A stretch of 64,000 nt of DNA from an uncultured bacterium (GTDB taxonomy: Bacteria > Verrucomicrobiota > Verrucomicrobiia > Verrucomicrobiales > DEV007), in contig CAXBMO010000003.1 in the NCBI GenBank assembly GCA_963977015.1, positions 224,001 through 288,000 on the forward strand, in the 5' to 3' direction. Made by a program: the position numbers and the translations under genes. The notes under the pieces are model-generated. The model did not search any database. It had not been told where the DNA came from and worked only from the letters and a program-made list of their open reading frames with translations. Positions 1 through 10,700 of the stretch are shown here, one piece after another (position 1 is the stretch's first letter; each line of letters starts with the position of its first letter).

Positions 1-667
1 CAGCATTCTCGGAAGGGATTCGCTCAATGCTTTTGACCTTCACAACCTTGAAGAAATCGCTATTCAGCCAATCTGCGGGGTTGGGCTCTAGATTGTCGAA
101 TTTCTCATCCACGACAAAAACCTCGGGACTGTCCCCCCGTTTCACGTAGCGGCCCGTCGTTGTCTCCATTGGCCCAAATTGACCGGTCTCTGTTTTCTGG
201 TATTCCTTCCCAACCCAAAGCTCTCCCACCGGATCACTTCCTTTCGAGAAACTCAAGATCGTCGCAATCGTTGCATCTTCCTCGCCCTCTTCCTTGGGTT
301 CGTTCTCCTCCGGACTTAGCAGCCCAACGCGTCCATACTTGGAGGCTCCAACCGGAACCGTCTGGACAACGCCGAGGTCATAAATCGACGTGAGAAATTC
401 ACCGACTTTTGCGATGTCCGCTGAATATCCACCGCGTTCTTTCACGACCCAGCCAGATTCACCGCGCTCCAGGTTCAGTTCGCCGTCCGACGTCTTCACC
501 GCAAAGGCGCTAACGTGATTGACTGGGAAATCCTTGAACACCCGATTTTTTCCAACCGCGTCCTTGTTCTCGATGATGTTTCCTTGTCGCGACGCGTTAA
601 AAACCAAAACCAGCAACGCGAGAACCGCGAAAACTCCGCCAAGCTTCAAAAGTTGATTCGTATTCAC
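1..667 (-). CDS. DUF4340-like protein of a GldAFG-type ABC operon; the 3' end runs off the window
   Basis: Not in the ORF track; translated by hand. GTG at 667 gives MNTNQLLKLGGVFAVLALLVLVFNAS...LNLERGESGWVVKERGGYSADIAKVGEFLTSIYDL..., open to base 1. It has a single N-terminal TM helix and a 'W.V....Y.AD...V..FL' pattern, and sits directly after the GldG-like gene, the usual DUF4340 position. Confidence 0.75.
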   Translation of the reverse strand, partial: MNTNQLLKLGGVFAVLALLVLVFNASRQGNIIENKDAVGKNRVFKDFPVNHVSAFAVKTSDGELNLERGESGWVVKERGGYSADIAKVGEFLTSIYDLGVVQTVPVGASKYGRVGLLSPEENEPKEEGEEDATIATILSFSKGSDPVGELWVGKEYQKTETGQFGPMETTTGRYVKRGDSPEVFVVDEKFDNLEPNPADWLNSDFFKVVKVKSIERIPSENA

Positions 668-703
668 TTCTCTAAATTAGTTGGGTTTAAAATCTGAGTT
701 CGC

Positions 704-2686
704 TTATCGAGCCGCCATCCGGGTCTGACGCTTGCCATAAACGATGAGGCCAAGGACGATCACCACCAGGGGCATCACTGCGATGTTCACGAACTTGACC
801 AGGTTCACAAAACTGTCCTTCCGGCGCTTCAATTGCTTCCGCAGCTCACGCACCGCGAGACTTGCCTGATATTCTTCCTCCCGCATTCTTTCAATCATTC
901 CCTGATCGATCGCAGCCGGGTCGATGAAGAGCTGAGTTCCTCCATCACCGGTTTCCTCAATCTGAAGGGCTTCCTGCAGTTTCCGGCTTACCTCGTCTCG
1001 CTGCTTTTCAAGCTTCTCAATGCGATCGACCATCTGCGCTTCCGCTTTCGCCTGCATCTCATTCAACTTGGTGAACGGGCGACGGGTTGAAGCACGACTC
1101 CGGAGACTGACCAGATATCCTTCCTTGTCCGAGAGCACCTCCACAACGTTCTGCAGGAGACTCAGGTTTTGATTGAGAGGTTGCGCATATCCGGGGATTG
1201 GCAATTGCCGCACGGAGAACTGGTCGTAAAACATGTCAACATCGGCAATAAGAACGACGACGCCTTCCTTTTCAGACTCCTTCAGCGAGCCTTCCTTCCC
1301 TTCCTTTTTCGCTTCTTCCTTTTCTGCGTCATCTCCTTCTTCCGGGGACGCGTCTTCAGCGTCCGGTTCCGCGTTCGGATCCCCATCCGGAAAGGCACTC
1401 TTGAAGTTACCTTTCAATCTGGTCACCAGCTGATAGGTCTCACCGGTCGGCCGAAAATCGCGCTCCAGTTGATCCAGCGCGGATGGTTCCGCTTCGAAAG
1501 AATTGACCATCTGGGTCTGCTCGGAGGAAGTCACCAACGTTTCCAACTCAACACCGTCCTTTTTGGAGATCTTGAAGCCTCCTGGAAACGGCAAGTAGAC
1601 ATCGACCATCTGTGAAGTGACGACATCCTCGTCGTTCATCGCTTCCTGCCCCAGAGACAGAAGGGTTGGAAGGAAGCGGTTCCGCTCGATCTCTGTGCGG
1701 AACGCCGCGTCGGCCAATACCTGGCTGCTTTGATACTCGACGCCCCAAGCCTCAAACAACGTTGGCAAATCCGAGGATGGCAGTGGCCCTGCGGATGGAG
1801 GAGCGCCCCCAAACGGGTTTTGCTGCTGTTGCGGCGGAGTCAACGCCCTTGCGGAATAGAACAAGGGATCCACTACCGCGATGACGGCACCGCCGGAAAG
1901 AAGATACTGGTCGATGGCGTATTCACCGACGTCGGTGATGTCATACGGATGAAGAACGAGCAAGACGTCGGTGTCTTCATCAATCTTTTCGGTATTGGAG
2001 GGAATGGTCTCCACCTGGTAATCGCGCTCGAGTTGGCGATAGAAAAACCACGCAGGCGCAGGTCCTCCCTGAAAGTTGCCGCCACTGAATCCGCCGGCGA
2101 CATTCATCGCCGTCATCACCGTGATCTTGGGCTTCTCATCGCGATAAACCCGGGAAATGGCGTTGGTGATGTCGTACTCCAGCAATTCCTCGCGATTGGG
2201 ATCAATGTAGGGGATCACCTCTTTTTCATCGAGGCACTCCACGACCACACCCATGTAAATCTGTCCCCTTTGACCACGGAGCGGCTGAAGTCCTGCCATT
2301 TCCGCAGCGTCTTCGGCGTTGGTGTCCGGCTCAGGATTCAATTTCTCGAAGATCAGATTTCCTCTTCCAAGCTTCTTGTATTCAAGCAAGCGATCCTCTA
2401 CGGCGCGGGCAAGATTTCGCTCCTCGGGCGACATCATGTCGCGATCATCCGTCACGAAATAGCGAATCTTAACCGGCGTATCGAGCCCTTTGACAATGGC
2501 CTTGGTCCCGGAAGAAAGCGTGTAGATGTTATGCTGGGTGAGGTCGGCGCGAAATGGCAAAAAGCTAACCAGCGCATTCAGAACAAAAACGATTCCCAGG
2601 ACAATGAGAATCCCGGTAAAGGAAAGAACATCATCGCGCTTCGGATTCCCAAGCGCAGTCTGGATATTTCTAAGAATGTCACTCAT
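704..2686 (-). CDS. GldG-family ABC transporter auxiliary component
   Basis: N-terminal TM followed by 'RADLTQHNIYTLSSGTK', 'EYDITNAI' and 'AIDQYLLSGG..IAVVDP'; a C-terminal coiled coil and TM follow. It lies downstream of the ABC permease and ATPase. Confidence 0.88.
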   Translation of the reverse strand: MSDILRNIQTALGNPKRDDVLSFTGILIVLGIVFVLNALVSFLPFRADLTQHNIYTLSSGTKAIVKGLDTPVKIRYFVTDDRDMMSPEERNLARAVEDRLLEYKKLGRGNLIFEKLNPEPDTNAEDAAEMAGLQPLRGQRGQIYMGVVVECLDEKEVIPYIDPNREELLEYDITNAISRVYRDEKPKITVMTAMNVAGGFSGGNFQGGPAPAWFFYRQLERDYQVETIPSNTEKIDEDTDVLLVLHPYDITDVGEYAIDQYLLSGGAVIAVVDPLFYSARALTPPQQQQNPFGGAPPSAGPLPSSDLPTLFEAWGVEYQSSQVLADAAFRTEIERNRFLPTLLSLGQEAMNDEDVVTSQMVDVYLPFPGGFKISKKDGVELETLVTSSEQTQMVNSFEAEPSALDQLERDFRPTGETYQLVTRLKGNFKSAFPDGDPNAEPDAEDASPEEGDDAEKEEAKKEGKEGSLKESEKEGVVVLIADVDMFYDQFSVRQLPIPGYAQPLNQNLSLLQNVVEVLSDKEGYLVSLRSRASTRRPFTKLNEMQAKAEAQMVDRIEKLEKQRDEVSRKLQEALQIEETGDGGTQLFIDPAAIDQGMIERMREEEYQASLAVRELRKQLKRRKDSFVNLVKFVNIAVMPLVVIVLGLIVYGKRQTRMAAR

Positions 2687-2707
2687 GATTTGAGGAAAGA
2701 AAAGGGG

Positions 2708-3547
2708 TTAGGCACGTTGGAGGCGAAGAACGACCGCCGTGGTGAAAAGGCAGAAAGCGATGAGAGAAACGAAGTAGACCACGTCGCTTCCAAGAACGAT
2801 GCCTTTGTTCATTTCGCGGAAGTGATTCCAGAAGCCGAGGCTGGTGAGGCCTCCGGCGACGAGTTCTCCCAGCGATGGGATGAAGTTGAATACCGCACCA
2901 CCAAATTCAGCGACCGGCGGCAGACTGACGAACATCATCATCCCACTGATCAGCACCGCAATGAGGAAGGCGACGACCTGACTCCGGGTAAATGCGGAAA
3001 CAGCGGAGGTGATGGCAAGGCAACTGGTGGCCAACAAAAAGCTGGCCAGATACCCGCTCCACATGGGACCCCAATCGGGATCACCAAGATATTCCATCGT
3101 AATGACGGCCGGAAAGGTAAAGAACAACGCCGCCCAAATGACAACGGCTGCCGCCAAGAACTTCCCAACAATTGCGTGCCACGTGGCGATCGGCATTGTG
3201 CTCAACAACTCAATCGTCCCCAAGCGATGCTCTTCGGACCACAGGCGCATGCCGATCGCTGGGGCTACGAAGATAAAAATCCAGGGATGGAAACTAAAAA
3301 AGGAGTCCGTTAGCGAGGCATCGCCACGTTCAATGAACCCTCCCAGCGTGAAGGACAGGACCATGGTCAGGACCGTGAAAACGAAGACGCAGACGTAGGC
3401 GATTGGAGAGTAAAAGAAGCTTTGCAGCTCTCTCACAAAAGTCGTTTTAATCCCCCTGGGCAAGACGTGCCAAATGAGATAATATCCAATCCCGGCAAAC
3501 GCGGCGACAGGTAGCAAAAAGTAGAAGATAAGAAGAATTCCCTTCAT
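2708..3547 (-). CDS. ABC-2 type permease, GldF-like
   Basis: 'RELQSFFYSPIAYV', 'PAIGMRLWSEEHRLGTIELL' and 'IVGKFLA' motifs, with multiple hydrophobic segments. Confidence 0.9.
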   Translation of the reverse strand: MKGILLIFYFLLPVAAFAGIGYYLIWHVLPRGIKTTFVRELQSFFYSPIAYVCVFVFTVLTMVLSFTLGGFIERGDASLTDSFFSFHPWIFIFVAPAIGMRLWSEEHRLGTIELLSTMPIATWHAIVGKFLAAAVVIWAALFFTFPAVITMEYLGDPDWGPMWSGYLASFLLATSCLAITSAVSAFTRSQVVAFLIAVLISGMMMFVSLPPVAEFGGAVFNFIPSLGELVAGGLTSLGFWNHFREMNKGIVLGSDVVYFVSLIAFCLFTTAVVLRLQRA

Positions 3548-3584
3548 CGTAGAATCAGTTAAAGGTGAAAATGAGCCGTTGAGG

Positions 3585-4532
3585 TTAGGCGGCGTCTTTG
3601 GTCGTCAAACTGCGGAAAACCTCATCCAGTTGCCCTTGCTCAACGCTCAATTCCTCAACCCGGAGCGATTTCTCAACACAGAGATCGAAGAGCGAAGCGG
3701 GAAGCTCGCCATTCGACTTTGCTTTCGGATGAACTCGCAAGGCGAGGAAATCATCCTTCGAGTTGAGAACATCAACAGACTCGGTCTGGTTGAGTTTTTG
3801 AATTCCTTCACGGAGACCATCCGTTCCCTTGCCGCTAGCCCGTAACAGAATTGCACCCGCATTTTTGGAGCGTGCCTTCAATTCCGACGGCGTGCCATTG
3901 GCAATCACTTTGCCCCGATCGATAATGATCGCTCTCGTGCAAGCCGCCTCGACCTCTTCCAGAATGTGGGTCGAGAAGATAATCGCCTTGGTCTCGCCCA
4001 ATCTCTTGAGCAGTGCCCTAACCTCGTGTTTCTGATTGGGATCCAATCCATCGGTAGGCTCATCGAGAACCAGAATTGGCGGATCATGAATCAGAGACTG
4101 CGCAAGACACGTGCGGTGGCGATAGCCTTTTGACAATGTATCGATGCTCTGTTGATAGACGGGCTGGAGAAAGCAAAGCTCCACGACGTGGTCGATTGCA
4201 TTCTTTTTGGCCGAGCCCTCGATTCCACGAATTTCGGCTGAGTAGGATAGGAAATCCTTCACCGACATATCATTGTAGAGAGGGGCCGACTCGGGAAGGT
4301 ATCCGATTTTCGATTTCGCTCCGATTTCGTCGTCTGCGATATTCGTCCCGGCAATCGTGATAGAGCCTTCTGAGGATGGAAGAAATCCGGTGACCATCCT
4401 CATGGTGGTGGACTTTCCGGCTCCGTTTGGCCCTAAAAATCCCAAAACTTCGCCAGTCCGGACTTCAAACGAAATGTCATCAACGGCGACTTTGGAGCCA
4501 AACCGCTTTGTAAGGTTTTTAACTTCAATCAT
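3585..4532 (-). CDS. ABC transporter ATP-binding protein, GldA-like
   Basis: Walker A GPNGAGKST, signature LSKGYR, Walker B LVLDEP and H-loop STH. Confidence 0.95.
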   Translation of the reverse strand: MIEVKNLTKRFGSKVAVDDISFEVRTGEVLGFLGPNGAGKSTTMRMVTGFLPSSEGSITIAGTNIADDEIGAKSKIGYLPESAPLYNDMSVKDFLSYSAEIRGIEGSAKKNAIDHVVELCFLQPVYQQSIDTLSKGYRHRTCLAQSLIHDPPILVLDEPTDGLDPNQKHEVRALLKRLGETKAIIFSTHILEEVEAACTRAIIIDRGKVIANGTPSELKARSKNAGAILLRASGKGTDGLREGIQKLNQTESVDVLNSKDDFLALRVHPKAKSNGELPASLFDLCVEKSLRVEELSVEQGQLDEVFRSLTTKDAA

Positions 4533-4696
4533 TCTAGCAAAACGCAGTTCTCACAGGGGTGGTGAAAAGAGAAATTGCCAAAACTCAGCTTAATTCAAAC
4601 AGCAAGATAGGCGTATCTATCCTTCGGGAGATTTCAAGTGGAAAATCCTCTTCTCACAGGGCTTGCAATTTCAACAAGCCCAAGGGAGGACTTCCC

Positions 4697-5455
4697 ATGC
4701 GCTTGATATCTTGGAACGTCAACGGTATTCGATCAGCAATGGACAAGGGTTTTCGCGATTTTGTCGAATCAACCGCGCCTGACGTCCTTTGCCTTCAGGA
4801 AACCAAAGCTCGGCCTGAACAAGTTGATCTGGGCTGGGCGAATGAGCTCGGCTACTCTCAATCGTGGAATTCTGCGCAGAAGAAGGGCTACAGCGGGACA
4901 TCGATTTGGTTGAAACAAAGCGCCTTGGATACGAAAAATGGAATCGGCATCGAGGAACACGATCAGGAAGGGCGAACGATCACGGTCGATTTGGGCGATT
5001 TTTTCCTCGTAACGGTCTACACGCCCAACTCGCAACGGGGTCTGCTTCGGCTGGAGTATCGCCAAAAGTGGGATCAGGATTTTTTGGCATACCTGCAAAA
5101 GCTGGAGAAGTCCAAGCCGGTCATTTTTTGCGGGGATCTTAATTGCGCCCACCAGGAAATTGATCTCGCGAATCCAAAATCCAACAAAAAGAATGCAGGT
5201 TTCACGATCGAGGAACGCGACGGACTTAGTCGAATTCTCTCAAGTGGCTATGTCGACTCCTTTCGCGCACTCCACCCGGAGCCTGACAACTACACCTGGT
5301 GGACCTACCGCAGCAATGCCCGCGAGCGAAACATTGGATGGCGTCTCGACTACTTTTGCGTATCGGAGGCCGTATGGGATTCGGTAGAGGCCGCCTCCAT
5401 CTTGAGCGATGTCCACGGATCGGACCATTGTCCTGTCGAACTCACCCTCCGATAA
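4697..5455 (+). CDS. xth: Exodeoxyribonuclease III (ExoIII/ExoA AP endonuclease)
   Basis: Motifs SWNVNG, LQETK, GYSG, YTPN, CGDLN, YTWW, GWRLDY and SDHCP. Start re-assigned to the ATG at 4697, which follows GGAGGA at 4685-4690. Confidence 0.95.
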   Translation: MRLISWNVNGIRSAMDKGFRDFVESTAPDVLCLQETKARPEQVDLGWANELGYSQSWNSAQKKGYSGTSIWLKQSALDTKNGIGIEEHDQEGRTITVDLGDFFLVTVYTPNSQRGLLRLEYRQKWDQDFLAYLQKLEKSKPVIFCGDLNCAHQEIDLANPKSNKKNAGFTIEERDGLSRILSSGYVDSFRALHPEPDNYTWWTYRSNARERNIGWRLDYFCVSEAVWDSVEAASILSDVHGSDHCPVELTLR

Positions 5456-5478
5456 CTGTGAACTCAATTTGAGTCGTA

Positions 5479-6642
5479 ATGGATCCTGTTCCAATTTCCG
5501 CCATGATGCTTCTCTCCGCAGGTCCAATCGGTGTGCCAGAAGAAGGTTCCTGGACCTTGCTCATTGTCTTCATTTGTCTGGCGATCGGAATTTCCTTCGT
5601 TTGCTCTGTCCTTGAGGCCGTCCTCCTGAGCGTTACCCGCCCCTACATTGCAACGTTGAAAAAGGAGACCCCGGTTGCGGGCGCCCTCTTGGAACGAATG
5701 AAGGAGCAGATCAACCGTCCGCTCACATCGATTTTGACGTTGAATACCATTGCCCACACGGTTGGTGCGATGGGGGTCGGTGCTCAAGTCAAGGCGCTAT
5801 CAGGCGGGGGCGCGTGGGAGGCCATCGCCGGTGCGCTCATGACCCTGGCGGTTTTGATTCTGTCAGAAATCATTCCGAAAAACCTTGGCGCGCGACATTG
5901 GCGGGCTTGGGGCCCCTGGGTCGCCTTGGTTCTCAATTGGCTGACCCGCGCCATGTCCCTCTTCATCAAACTGATTGAGCTCTTCAACAAGGGTGGCCAC
6001 CATCGGGAGTCATTCAGTCGCGACGAACTTGAAGTGATGGCCGAGATGGGAAGGCGCGAAGGCAAGCTGCATGAGGGCGAATCCCGGATCCTGCGCAACC
6101 TTTTGCAACTTCCTGATTACACCGTTCACGATGTCATGACTCCGCGAGTCGTTGTTTTCGCGCTGCACGAAGACTCCACGATCGAAGATTTCATGAAAGA
6201 GCACGGCGAGACGCCGTTCTCCAGAATTCCGGTTTATGGAGAAAATCTGGATGATATCCGGGGTTTTGTTTTGAAGAACGACGCCCTTTTGGCTGCGGCA
6301 AAAGACCAGCACCAGACCCCTCTGAAGGAATTGGCGCGCCCCATCACCACCCTGGCCGCTGCCACCAGCCTCACGAGCGCCTTTGAGCAAATGATCTCCA
6401 ACAGCGACCATGTGGCCATCGTTCTGGACGAATTCGGAGGGTCCGAAGGTCTCGTAACGTTTGAGGACATTGTCGAAACCCTGTTGGGACTGGAAATCGT
6501 CGATGAGGCGGACACCAAAGAGGACATGCAGGAATTTGCCCGCTCACTTTGGAGGCGAAGAGCCAATCGAATGGGAATCCGGCTGGAGGAAACGGAAGGC
6601 CTTGAGTCGAAGCAGCCCCCTTCTTCCTCACCACAGTCATGA
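5479..6642 (+). CDS. CNNM (DUF21) plus CBS-pair membrane protein (CorB/hemolysin-like family)
   Basis: 'SFVCSVLEAVLLS', 'ILTLNTIAHTVGA', 'SEIIPK', 'VMTPR', 'FSRIPVY' and 'VLDEFGGSEGLVTFEDIVETLLG'. Confidence 0.92.
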   Translation: MDPVPISAMMLLSAGPIGVPEEGSWTLLIVFICLAIGISFVCSVLEAVLLSVTRPYIATLKKETPVAGALLERMKEQINRPLTSILTLNTIAHTVGAMGVGAQVKALSGGGAWEAIAGALMTLAVLILSEIIPKNLGARHWRAWGPWVALVLNWLTRAMSLFIKLIELFNKGGHHRESFSRDELEVMAEMGRREGKLHEGESRILRNLLQLPDYTVHDVMTPRVVVFALHEDSTIEDFMKEHGETPFSRIPVYGENLDDIRGFVLKNDALLAAAKDQHQTPLKELARPITTLAAATSLTSAFEQMISNSDHVAIVLDEFGGSEGLVTFEDIVETLLGLEIVDEADTKEDMQEFARSLWRRRANRMGIRLEETEGLESKQPPSSSPQS

Positions 6643-7676
6643 ACGTCGGATTACTCGGAGCTGGATGGTTTGGGCGAACCGCCCACCTGGCAAACCTGGT
6701 CGCGATGCCGGAGACGACCCCGCTGGCAGCTAGTAGCCGAAGTGAAGCCAGTTTGGACGCGGCTCGAGAAATCGCGGGGCCCAATCTCAAGACTTTCACC
6801 GACTGGAAAGAGTTGCTGAAAATCGACGAGATTGACGCCGTCATCATCGCGTTGACCAACAATCTCCATTTCGAGGCCTGCCTTGCGGCGTTCGCAGCCG
6901 GAAAGCACGTTCTCTGCGAAAAGCCCCTTGGGCTCAGCAATCGGCAATGTGACGAAATTATTGCCGCCTCAAAAGCAGCAGGGAAGACGCTACAGGTTGG
7001 GCATGAAATGCGTTTTCAACGGCTGTATCAACGAATGAATGAGATGATTCGCGCTCATTCAATTGGAGACGTTCAGCTGATGTGGTGTCGAGAGTTTCGC
7101 GGCCCGATGCGCCCCGGTTGGCGCTCCAGCGAAGAACTGACCGGCGGCATGATTCTGGAGAAAAACTCCCATCACTTCGATCTTTTCAATTGGATGATCG
7201 ATGAAAAGCCGGTTCGCGTCATGGCAACTGGAGGCCGCAATGTGCTGAAGGATCGGGACGTTCTCGATAATGCTCAAGTTTTGGTGGAATACGAAAACGG
7301 CCGTCGAGCCAGTTTGGAAGTCTGCTTGTTCGCGCCATTTGGTGGGGAATGCGAGGTGGGAGCTGTCGGTAACCTGGGAAGAATCGATACCAGAAACCAG
7401 GATCTCTTCCTTTCCCATCAGCGCTTTGATTTGCCGGACCGGACCGAAATGCAAATCGCGGATTCGCCAGACGACGCAAATTTTGTCGACTCATCCGGTC
7501 GAATCGACCGGGGAATTCGTCCAGAGCTTGAACATTTCGTCGAATGTTGCGAGAACAACCGGGAGCCACTCACGGACGGTGCTTCCGCAAAAATGAGCGT
7601 TGCACTTTGCCTCGCAGCCCAGGAATCGATTCGCCGCCAAGAGGCTGTTGAGGTCGAGGAAGTCCTGACCCAATAA
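6639..7676 (+). CDS. Gfo/Idh/MocA family oxidoreductase
   Basis: Rossmann GLLGAGWFG, 'AGKHVLCEKP' and 'GGMILEKNSHHFD'. ATGA overlap with the upstream gene. Confidence 0.92.
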   Translation: MNVGLLGAGWFGRTAHLANLVAMPETTPLAASSRSEASLDAAREIAGPNLKTFTDWKELLKIDEIDAVIIALTNNLHFEACLAAFAAGKHVLCEKPLGLSNRQCDEIIAASKAAGKTLQVGHEMRFQRLYQRMNEMIRAHSIGDVQLMWCREFRGPMRPGWRSSEELTGGMILEKNSHHFDLFNWMIDEKPVRVMATGGRNVLKDRDVLDNAQVLVEYENGRRASLEVCLFAPFGGECEVGAVGNLGRIDTRNQDLFLSHQRFDLPDRTEMQIADSPDDANFVDSSGRIDRGIRPELEHFVECCENNREPLTDGASAKMSVALCLAAQESIRRQEAVEVEEVLTQ

Positions 7677-7726
7677 CGTCTGGCTCGTTTCCCGGACCTC
7701 TCAGTCTTCGGAAATCCTCAAGGCCT

Positions 7727-10700
7727 CTACTCCAGCTGTTTCAACGCTTCTTCGGGGCTCTCGCCGTCGATGATTTGGCCAAAGATGTCTCCGAAACTCA
7801 AAACCTGATTTGGATCCGGCATCGCACTGGAAAAGCGCCCCATCAGTCTCGGCATCGCGTTCTCACTACCGCCGAGATCGATGATTGCGCCAACCGGTTG
7901 CACCGTGATCGTGTACTGCCGGTCGTCCAACTGCACTCCATTGAGAGCCATCATCCAATTTCCGGCAGCATCGACCTGCACCGTTTGGCTGTAGCTAAAT
8001 CCGCCTGCTCCGTCGCTGATCATCACCGTGATTTGTCCCCCGGCCTGGCCGGTGCCGGCAAAGAAAGGCGTTAAGGTTGAAAGTGGCGGCAAACCGTTCA
8101 AAACACTGCTCACGCCGCTTTGGTTGATCCCGGAAATTCCCGCTGGGCCAGAGGAGGATGAACCGGTGCCTCCGCCTCCATTGCCTGCAAACGCCGCTTC
8201 AACGGGATCGACCCGGGCCCCGACAAAAATCGAACCCCCACCCGCCAGAATCTGGTAGATCCCGGTGATTCCATTGAAGTTGGGTCCGCTTTCCGTGACC
8301 TCTTCCGGTTCTGGAGCTGTTTCAGTGGTTGAGGGCGCTGGGGCAACCGTGCCACTGTCCCCCGTATTATTGGCAACGCCACCGGGAGCGGCTACCGCTG
8401 GGGCAACGCTGCGGATCAGCACCACGTCATTTCCGTCGCCTCCCACATAGCTGATCTTGAAGCGGGTGCCTCCCACGTCCACGATCGCGCCCTCTGCTAA
8501 TCCGCTGAAGGTGGAAATTACGGCATCCGTGTCGTCGTTGTCGATCACCACGATTTCCACTCCGTTCTCTGGATCAGCGATACCACTCACATCCAATGTT
8601 GCGCCGTCCAGATCCACCGTTCCGGTCACCTGGATTACGTCGTGTTCACCAGGTTCGGCGCCATCAACCTGCATCGTGACTGTGCCGGTGCCAAAGTCGA
8701 TACTCTTCACCACCAGCGTCTCGGTCGAATCACCGATGTCGCCCGGCTCAATCGTGCCGGAATCGACGCTGACCGTTGCATCGACGGTCCCATGCCCGCC
8801 AAGGATGTCGCCCGAGCTCATTGATAGCCCGTTCGCCGCGATCAAGGTCCCGCCGTTCAGTGTTGTGGAGGCGCCAATCGCTGCCAACCCGGAATCGAGA
8901 AGCGTCACGGTCTGCAAACCAACTTCGATCGAGCCCGCAGTGGAAAAGGAAATCTCCGATGCGATCCCCAGACTCAATGCCCCGTCCGCGATAATGGCCG
9001 AACCGACTGAACCATCAATCAGGGTCTCTAGCGTGCCCGATCCACGCAACGTGCCGCCGTCTGCAATCAACAATCTGGCAGGCCCTGAGGTGCCGGTGAC
9101 CGTGGTCCCTGTAATCGTGGTGATCGCTCCGTTGGCGGTGATGAGGCTGCCAGTCCCGGTCAACACTTTGGCGGAACCGCCCCCCGCCTCGGCTGTGATG
9201 TTCAGGATGTTGGCATTGATCAAATCTCCAGCGGATGTGTCGATGGTCTGTTCATTCCAGATCACTCCATTGCCGCCCACATCAAAGGTTATCCCACCCG
9301 CTCCAGCCGCGAAGTTGGTCTCAATTGAACCGTTGTCCGAGTAGGTGATGCGAAGAGCGCTGCTCCCGGTCGTAGTTCCCGTGACGGTTCCGGTCCAGGT
9401 GCCGCCCAACTCGATGTCGCCGCCGTCCGCCATCCACGTTCCTGCTGCGTCGGATGATACATTCTCCGATGCGATGCGAAGTCGCCCTGCTTCCGCGAGG
9501 ACCGTTCCATTGGCCGTCTGGGTGAATGTCCCGGAATTCTTGTCGAACGAGAAAAAGAACGACGGATCACTTCCCGCTGCCGATTTTTTGAGGGTGCCGT
9601 TATTAACAAACTCAGCAGTGCTGCCGTCGAGGAACTGGACGTCGCCCCGATTCTTAAGGTCGAAGGTGCCGTTGTTCTGAAACGTCACGCTTCCACCAAT
9701 CACCAGGTTGTCGTTGTTCCCGCCGTAAGCGTGATTGAAGATCCCGTCGTTGGTGAAGGTGCCACTGCCGTCCAGCGTAATACTTCCGTCGGCACTGAAG
9801 TTTGTCGTGCCGCTGGTGGTGATACCGGGATTGTTCAAGGTCAGGGTGCGGTTGCCCGTCACCGGGCTCAATTCCAGGATCCCCGAGGCGCCGAATGTCA
9901 GCACGTTGCTTCCCCCAAGCGTGAAATCGCTGCGCAGATTGACAGTCCCGTCGCTAATGACTTCGCTCGAGTTAATGGTCCAGGTGCCGCTACTGTTCAG
10001 GTTCACAATCCCACCATCGTTGTTGGTGAACTTCGCGTTCTCCGCAACCGTGACGGTTCCGCCATCATTGAAGTTGATGATCCCGCCGGATTCGTTGATC
10101 AACCCCGGCCCACCTTCATGGAATTGATGATCAGCTGTGCCGGAAAGCGTGATGGTGCCAAAATTGCGAATTGCACCGCCGGGGCCAGTGCTGCCACTTT
10201 GTTTGAATTCCACCTCCGATTTCCCCGATGGATTCTCCATCACGACCGTGCCAGTGGCGGTGTTCGTGAGTTCCACGTAAAGACGCAGTTGGGTCGAATT
10301 GATCGTAAACGTGCCGTTGTTGGTAATCTTGTTGGTTGACTCAGAGGTCGCGAAGATCGGAAACAACCGGTTCGTGCCGGTTTCCATCTGCCCATCGTTG
10401 ATCAACTCAGTGCCGCCAACGAGCTTGAAGCGGCCTCCATTGATGTTGAACAAATTCCCAGCCGTGTTGGTAGCGGTGTTTGCTCTGATTTGGAATTCAT
10501 GTGAGCTACCACTCTGCAAGGTGGTGTCGCCATTAAAATAGATCTCGGCGGCCGTCAGCGTCATCGGCCCCGAAGTTCCCTGCTGCAACGTGCCGTTGTA
10601 GGTCTGGTTACCCGAAGTGGTATCCACTGAGGCATTCAGAGTGATCGTCTCCGCAGTAATGGCGAGATTGCCATTGAAATCCAAGGCTTGGGAAATCGTT

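Noticed and set aside
1730-3313. 527-aa plus-strand ORF
   Set aside because: Antisense shadow of the well-supported GldG/GldF-like genes, with no recognisable motifs.
4559-4696. 46-aa N-terminal extension of exodeoxyribonuclease III in the ORF track
   Set aside because: The family starts at M.LISWNVNG, and a good RBS precedes the ATG at 4697.
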